From: Naegleria gruberi
Taxonomy: Eukaryota
Strand: one strand, 5' to 3'
Length of the DNA stretch: 2,233 nucleotides
Assembly: GCA_000004985.1 (NCBI GenBank)
Contig: GG739276.1
Made by a program: the position numbers and the translations under genes. This document shows positions 1 through 2,233 of this stretch, piece by piece. Within the stretch, counting starts at the first letter, position 1. Each line of letters starts with the position of its first letter. The notes below the pieces were generated by a model that saw nothing but the letters and a program-made list of their open reading frames with translations, was not told where the DNA came from and searched no databases.

Positions 1-87
1 AAAATTTTCATCTTTTACAATCAACAAATTTTGACCTCTATTTGGATAATTGTTAATAATTCCTGTTTTACCACATTCAACCATCAT

Positions 88-99
88 CTATATGATAGA
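88..99 (+). promoter_or_regulatory. TATA-like element (ctatatgataga) about 25-35 bp upstream of the tRNA-like 5' end
   Basis: AT-rich TATAT motif at -34 to -30 relative to position 123. Upstream TATA-like elements accompany pol III tRNA genes in some eukaryotes (plants, yeasts). Weak, purely positional. Confidence 0.15.
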
Positions 100-122
100 A
101 ATATTTCATTTATTATGTGTAA

Positions 123-255
123 TCGGGTGTGGTATAGTGGTAGCATTCCAGACTGTCACTCTGGCGACCCGGGTTCAATTTGTTTTGTTAGTGTGTGAGT
201 TAGTTGAATGGTATCGGTCATTCCTTATTTGGAAATTTCATTCCCGGTACCCATG
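123..255 (+). tRNA. tRNA-Asp(GTC)-like gene, interrupted. The 5' 58 nt (123-180) are contiguous through the T-loop. The 3' T-stem strand plus acceptor 3' strand plus discriminator (243-255, CCCGG TACCCAT G) is displaced by a 62-nt insert (181-242) located between T-loop and T-stem. Probable pseudogene or tRNA-derived repeat unit (unit A).
   Basis: Read directly. Acceptor 5' strand tcgggtg (123-129). T8 G9 (130-131). D arm GTAT-AGTGGTA-GCAT (132-146) with an A-box-like TGGTATAGTGG. Anticodon stem CCAGA/TCTGG (148-152 / 160-164) with loop CTGTCAC, giving anticodon GTC = Asp. Variable region CGAC. T-stem 5' strand CCGGG (169-173). T-loop TTCAATT (174-180). The expected CCCGG does not follow the loop; it appears at 243-247, followed by TACCCAT. 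TACCCAT pairs with 5 of the 7 acceptor positions (mismatches at pairs 1 and 2). The stretch GACCCGGGTTC resembles plant-type cytosolic tRNA-Asp. Confidence 0.55.
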
Positions 256-262
256 GTATGAA
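231..262 (+). repeat. Conserved 32-nt 3' module, copy A: ggaaatttcattcccggtacccatggtatgaa
   Basis: 31 of 32 positions identical to the copy at 580-611. Contains the tRNA-like T-stem/acceptor 3' strand (CCCGG TACCCAT). Flanking TTTCAT/ATGAA inverted repeat. Embedded GGTACC and CCATGG palindromes. Confidence 0.6.
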
Positions 263-268
263 CGAGAG

Positions 269-272
269 TTTT
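269..272 (+). terminator. Short T4 run 14 nt after the tRNA-like 3' end of unit A; weak candidate pol III terminator
   Basis: gagagTTTTag. Four T only, in an AT-rich context, so weak. Confidence 0.2.
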
Positions 273-332
273 AGTTGTTAATCATTTCTCGAGTGGTTTG
301 GATGAAGTTACAGTTATGAATAATTATCAAGG

Positions 333-428
333 AATTGGCGTCACGGTAGTACATTAATAATGTGTTATTATTATATGTTAATTTGGCGTCACGGTGATTA
401 CTATGTGTTTTTAATAATTTAATATTAT
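333..428 (+). repeat. Two-copy tandem duplication with a period of 48 bp, sharing the core (A)ATT(T)GGCGTCACGGT
   Basis: aattggcgtcacggt at 333-347 and atttggcgtcacggt at 381-395 (14 of 15 identical). The downstream parts are similar but diverged (taataatgtgtt versus tactatgtgttt). GGCGTCACGG is the most GC-rich block in an otherwise AT-rich spacer. Confidence 0.5.
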
Positions 429-490
429 GACAACAATCGGTGGTGGTATCTGTTCAACAACAAATCATCATCAATAATTAATTAACAATC

Positions 491-508
491 AGTGACCTGA
501 AGGTCACT
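491..508. repeat. Perfect hairpin/palindrome AGTGACC-tgaa-GGTCACT (7-bp stem, 4-nt loop)
   Basis: Read directly. Lies in the centre of unit B. Confidence 0.6.
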
Positions 509-579
509 ATTTAATAAACAGTAATTTAATAACCCAATTTATTATTGTTATTTGGTTGTTGAAGTCATCTTCCAAATTA

Positions 580-611
580 GGAAGTTTCATTCCCGGTACC
601 CATAGTATGAA
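580..611 (+). repeat. Conserved 32-nt 3' module, copy B: ggaagtttcattcccggtacccatagtatgaa
   Basis: Near-identical to 231-262. Differs by A/G at position 5 and G/A at position 25. Confidence 0.6.
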
Positions 612-650
612 ATCTTGAAAGTGTATACTGTGATTGAAAAACCACCAGTG

Positions 651-669
651 AATGACTGTAACAGTCATT
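651..669. repeat. 19-nt palindrome aatgactgt-a-acagtcatt (9-bp arms), related to the AGTGACC hairpins
   Basis: Read directly. Preceded by cagtga, so that AGTGA-ATGACTG parallels AGTGA-GTGACCT upstream of 689-706. Confidence 0.55.
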
Positions 670-688
670 AAACCAACAAACCAAAGTG

Positions 689-706
689 AGTGACCTTACG
701 GTCACT
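689..706. repeat. Perfect hairpin AGTGACC-ttac-GGTCACT, with the same 7-bp stem as 491-508
   Basis: Read directly. Stem identical to hairpin 491-508, loop differs. Preceded by AGTGAG. The accttacg of the loop/stem is repeated at 729-736. Confidence 0.6.
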
Positions 707-771
707 GATGGTGTTTAAACAAGTGATTAACCTTACGTTTAAATATTGGAACTATGAACACTTCTAAAAAA

Positions 772-802
772 GGAAATTCAATTCCCGGCACTCGAGTAAT
801 AA
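772..802 (+). repeat. Diverged copy C of the 3' module: ggaaattcaattcccggcactcgagtaataa
   Basis: Shares GGAAAT-TCA-TTCCCGG-yAC with copies A and B and carries a perfect T-loop-like TTCAATT. The 3' half has diverged (CACTCGAGTAATAA). Followed immediately by T-runs. Confidence 0.4.
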
Positions 803-824
803 TTTTACATTTTCTGCTTTTTTT
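803..824 (+). terminator. Cluster of T-runs (TTTT, TTTT, TTTTTTT) immediately downstream of module C; candidate pol III termination signal
   Basis: tttt 803-806, tttt 810-813, ttttttt 818-824. Pol III terminates at runs of 4 or more T on the coding strand. The placement directly after a tRNA-derived unit is suggestive. Confidence 0.35.
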
Positions 825-971
825 CGTATTATTTTATATTGATTTTTCATATTTATGTAGTATACATTGATGTCTTTTAAATTACTAATTTTCAATATTT
901 AATTATTTGTATTTCCAATTTTAGAAGCCTCGCCTTGTAGGTCATTTTTCACTAAAAAAATATCTAGTTGA

Positions 972-1082
972 AGAGCTGTGCCAAATCAGAATTTGACCTT
1001 ATTGTCAGTTCTGAGTTTCAATCCATTATCTAGATATTTGGAAAGCATTGGACAAGGTGCCTTTGGATCTGTTTTTAAATGT
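972..1082 (+). CDS. Stop-to-donor reading frame (no ATG; bounded upstream by the TGA at 969-971, so this is only the maximal open extent and the true exon start is unknown) encoding a protein-kinase glycine-rich loop (subdomain I): RAVPNQNLTLLSVLSFNPLSRYLESIGQGAFGSVFKC. Likely an exon fragment of a kinase gene or pseudogene.
   Basis: The frame with codons at positions congruent to 0 mod 3, for example tat-ttg-gaa at 1035-1043, is open from the stop at 969-971. IGQGAFGSVFK (1047-1079) matches the kinase consensus [LIV]GxGxFGxVxK, with an aromatic residue (Y) a few residues upstream as in many kinases. There is no ATG in frame. The frame is followed at 1083 by GTAATG (a 5' splice-donor-like site) and reaches a stop at 1131 if unspliced. 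Confidence 0.3.
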
Positions 1083-1134
1083 GTAATGCTCAATTATATC
1101 CACACCTCAATGCCCTCATTAATAATATTTTAAG
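1083..1134 (+). other. Candidate 52-nt intron (GTAATG...TTTTAAG) that would join the kinase-like exon in frame to ORF 1138-1374
   Basis: GT at 1083-1084 and AG at 1133-1134. Length 52, and 52 mod 3 = 1, which converts the frame of the upstream exon into the frame of the 1138-1374 ORF. Pyrimidine/T-rich 3' end. The AAG acceptor is atypical. Inference only. Confidence 0.2.
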
Positions 1135-1374
1135 AGTTTGGAAATGGACGAAATTTATATCATTACTGCTGATTTTGGTTCTATTCAAAACTCCAATAAT
1201 TCATGTGAATGTAGTCAATCCAAAAGTATTTCATATCTCAATGTTAAATTGCAATCCAATCACGAAAAAAGGGAGAAATTTCTCTGTCGTTTGTTCTCCA
1301 CTTGCATTCAGATAATTATAATAAATTACAATTATATTCTCTTATTAATAGAACAAACTCTATCTACTGCGTGA
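1135..1374 (+). CDS. Hypothetical ORF/exon (SLEMDEIYIITADFGSIQNSNN...) containing an ADFGS (DFG-like) motif at 1171-1179. Possible continuation of the kinase-like fragment.
   Basis: Corresponds to track ORF 1138-1374. I-I-T-A-D-F-G-S resembles kinase subdomain VII, but it would lie only about 13 residues after the Gly loop, with no VAIK, HRD or APE motifs. The C-terminal half is low complexity (IIIINYNYILLL). Confidence 0.15.
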   Translation, partial: SLEMDEIYIITADFGSIQNSNNSCECSQSKSISYLNVKLQSNHEKREKFLCRLFSTCIQIIIINYNYILLLIEQTLSTA

Positions 1375-1759
1375 GAAATCTCGTTTGTTTTGGTCGACTT
1401 GACGTAGTGGAAAGCGTTATTGAAATTGTCAATCTTGTTTTAATTTAGCCATTGTAAAGAGAGCAGATATTTACCAGTGCCTCCAAATCGTGCACCTCTC
1501 GTGAGCTGAACGTAACCATCATTCATTGTATGGCTTGAGAATTGGGCGAGAATTCGAATATGTTTTCTATTATTCAACAATATCATGCTATTCACAAACT
1601 CGAATCCTTCCATAATTGTCCATTGATGTTGTGATAAGTGGTTTGCCTCATCCCTTCAAGCACTATGAGTAGTTTGCCTATCATGGAGAATGTAACACAA
1701 TTTATCTTGGTCGATGATAATGAGTTCTTCCTCTGAATGTTATTCAACACACAATGATA

Positions 1760-2200
1760 AAAAGAATAGGAAGATGAAGAGGATGGGATTATTGGGAGTG
1801 TAGCAAAGTACTAATATTATTATAATATAATATGTATTTAGTTCCAATGTGTGAGGTAGAAGGTAGATGTTCCTCCTGTGCTAACTAATTGCTGTAGTTC
1901 GTAGATGAAGACAAAAAGAAGTCTTGACTTGGTTTATGATATGAAAACAAGAGATGAAGACGAACAAGCTAATCCTATCCATAATCATTTGGGATTAGAC
2001 ATGAAGATAAAGATACACAAAGAGGGTATAGAGCAATTCATGAAGTGAATACAACCATAGCCACACAAGATGCTGGTTGGTTCTTTGATGATTTTTGTCA
2101 TTCAAATTATTGAAAATTCATCAAGCCTCGAACATGAAACTTCATGATGACGGAACAAAAGATATGAAAGATAATGAAGAACAAAGACAATATTGATAAT
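1760..2200 (+). repeat. Degenerate purine-rich low-complexity region with a recurring (G/C)ATGAAGA motif and rough periodicity of about 40-50 bp
   Basis: GATGAAGA at 1773, 1904 and 1953. ATGAAGA at 2001 and 2174. ATGAAGT at 2040. Segments starting 1904, 1953 and 2000 align: GATGAAGACAAAAAGAAG, GATGAAGACGAACAAGCT, CATGAAGATAAAGATACA. All + frames are broken by frequent TGA. Confidence 0.35.
1813..1840. repeat. TA-rich simple-sequence tract (taatattattataatataatatgtattta)
   Basis: Read directly. About 28 nt composed only of A and T except one G. Confidence 0.4.
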
Positions 2201-2233
2201 TTAAAGAGAATTTAATTTGAATTGAGCAATGGA

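Larger units (their letters stand above)
435..611 (+). repeat. tRNA-derived repeat unit B (177 bp). The 5' start aatcggtggtggtatctg is homologous to the tRNA-Asp 5' end and D arm. It has a central 7-bp hairpin and ends in the 3' module.
   Basis: 435-449 aatcggtggtggtat versus 121-135 aatcgggtgtggtat (13 of 15 identical). The internal segment is not tRNA-like (A/C-rich, then hairpin 491-508). The 3' module at 580-611 is near-identical to unit A. Confidence 0.45.
611..802 (+). repeat. tRNA-derived repeat unit C (about 191 bp). It has a related 5' start aatcttgaaagtgtatactg, two central GTGAC/GTCAC palindromes, and a diverged 3' module.
   Basis: The start begins AATC immediately after module B and contains GTATAC-TG, compare GGTATAGTG / GGTATCTG in units A and B. 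Palindromes at 651-669 and 689-706. Module C at 772-802. Confidence 0.3.

Noticed and set aside
181-242. Reading the 62-nt insert as an archaeal-type bulge-helix-bulge tRNA intron at position 60/61
   Set aside because: The only evident pairing (AATTT at 177-181 with AAATT at 233-237) places the 5' junction inside a helix, not in a 3-nt bulge, so no BHB or relaxed hBH motif is apparent. The sequence is AT-rich and eukaryote-like, and the acceptor stem is mismatched. A pseudogene or insertion is more parsimonious. Retained only as a low-probability alternative in the findings.
50-274. Track ORF 50-274 (74 aa, MLIIPVLPHSTIIYMIEIF...)
   Set aside because: It overlaps the tRNA-Asp-like sequence and the 3' module in a different reading sense. 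The peptide is hydrophobic low-complexity with no recognisable motif, typical of chance ORFs in AT-rich DNA. The tRNA-derived interpretation explains the region better.
491-706. Interpreting TGACCT-N2-AGGTCA hairpins as nuclear-receptor (ERE/everted-repeat) response elements
   Set aside because: AGGTCA-type half-sites are a metazoan signal and there is no evidence the source is a metazoan. Perfect 7-bp palindromes with variable loops in a repeat context are better explained as structural hairpins of a repeat family.
169-802. Many 6-bp restriction-site palindromes (CCCGGG 169-174, GGTACC and CCATGG inside the module, CTCGAG at 290-295 and 791-796, GTTTAAAC 712-719, GTCGAC 1393-1398, GAATTC 1549-1554) as a sign of a cloning vector or polylinker
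   Set aside because: The order and spacing match no common multiple cloning site. They sit inside evolutionarily diverged repeat copies, so they are natural palindromes of hairpin-forming repeats.
1079-1315. Track ORF 1079-1315 (78 aa, MCNAQLYPHLNALINN...)
   Set aside because: It overlaps the ORF 1138-1374 in another frame and starts inside the putative intron. It has no motif or domain-like features. The neighbouring frames, which carry kinase-like motifs, are the more plausible readings of this stretch.
1441-1500. Minus-strand peptide GARFGGTGKY as a P-loop or Gly-rich nucleotide-binding motif
   Set aside because: It does not fit GxxxxGK[ST] (no G at the required -5 position) or GxGxxG. 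It is an isolated short match in a low-complexity frame.
2100-2140. GTTCGAGG on the minus strand (reverse complement of cctcgaac at 2127-2134) as a T-loop of a minus-strand tRNA
   Set aside because: Flanking bases cannot form a T-stem (catg versus cttg), and no A-box or acceptor pairing is nearby.
1-2233. CRISPR array, prokaryotic operon, defence system or mobile element with transposase
   Set aside because: No ORF exceeds 78 aa in any frame. The repeats are not regularly spaced identical 25-40-nt direct repeats with unique spacers. No terminal inverted repeats were identified, though the window ends were not checked for them. No transposase or integrase motifs were found. Nothing in the sequence supports a protein-based system.

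Overview
This AT-rich window (roughly one third G+C) has no long ORF in any of the six frames; the longest is 78 aa. It reads like eukaryote-type non-coding or repeat/pseudogene-rich DNA, not a dense prokaryotic gene region. I do not see evidence of a protein-coding system such as a defence or biosynthetic operon. The supportable content is:

1. A tRNA-Asp(GTC)-like gene (123-255, + strand). Its first 58 nt are contiguous (acceptor 5' strand, D arm, anticodon arm CCAGA-CTGTCAC-TCTGG, variable region, T-stem 5' strand CCGGG, T-loop TTCAATT). The matching 3' strand (CCCGG-TACCCAT-G) lies 62 nt downstream. The gene is therefore interrupted inside the T-loop. This is not a canonical intron position, so it is most likely a pseudogene or tRNA-derived repeat.

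2. A conserved 32-nt module GGAARTTTCATTCCCGGTACCCATRGTATGAA occurs three times: 231-262, 580-611 (nearly identical), and 772-802 (diverged). A possible fourth degenerate copy sits at 39-75.

3. Each module closes a roughly 175-190-bp unit. Each unit opens with a related tRNA D-arm-like start (AATC..GTGGTATAGTG at 121, AATCGGTGGTGGTATCTG at 435, AATCTTGAAAGTGTATACTG at 611). Each unit carries a central hairpin with a GTCAC/GTGAC core, which in unit A is the tRNA-Asp anticodon arm itself. This looks like a short tandem array of diverged tRNA-Asp-derived units, possibly pol III transcribed. T-runs follow module A and especially module C.

4. A 48-bp tandem duplication (333-428) sits between units.

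5. The reading frame from 972 to 1082 on the + strand (lower bound set by the TGA at 969-971; no ATG, true exon start unknown) encodes ...RYLESIGQGAFGSVFKC, a textbook protein-kinase glycine-rich loop (subdomain I). It ends at a GTAATG donor-like site. A possible 52-nt intron (1083-1134) joins it in frame to ORF 1138-1374, which contains an ADFGS (DFG-like) motif. The domain architecture is far too short for a functional kinase, so this is at best a kinase gene fragment or pseudogene.

6. The 3' third of the window (about 1760-2200) is degenerate purine-rich low-complexity sequence with a recurring GATGAAGA motif and TA-rich tracts. The minus strand there (about 1335-1880) is unusually poor in stop codons, but it translates to low-complexity peptide.

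I cannot assign the organism.
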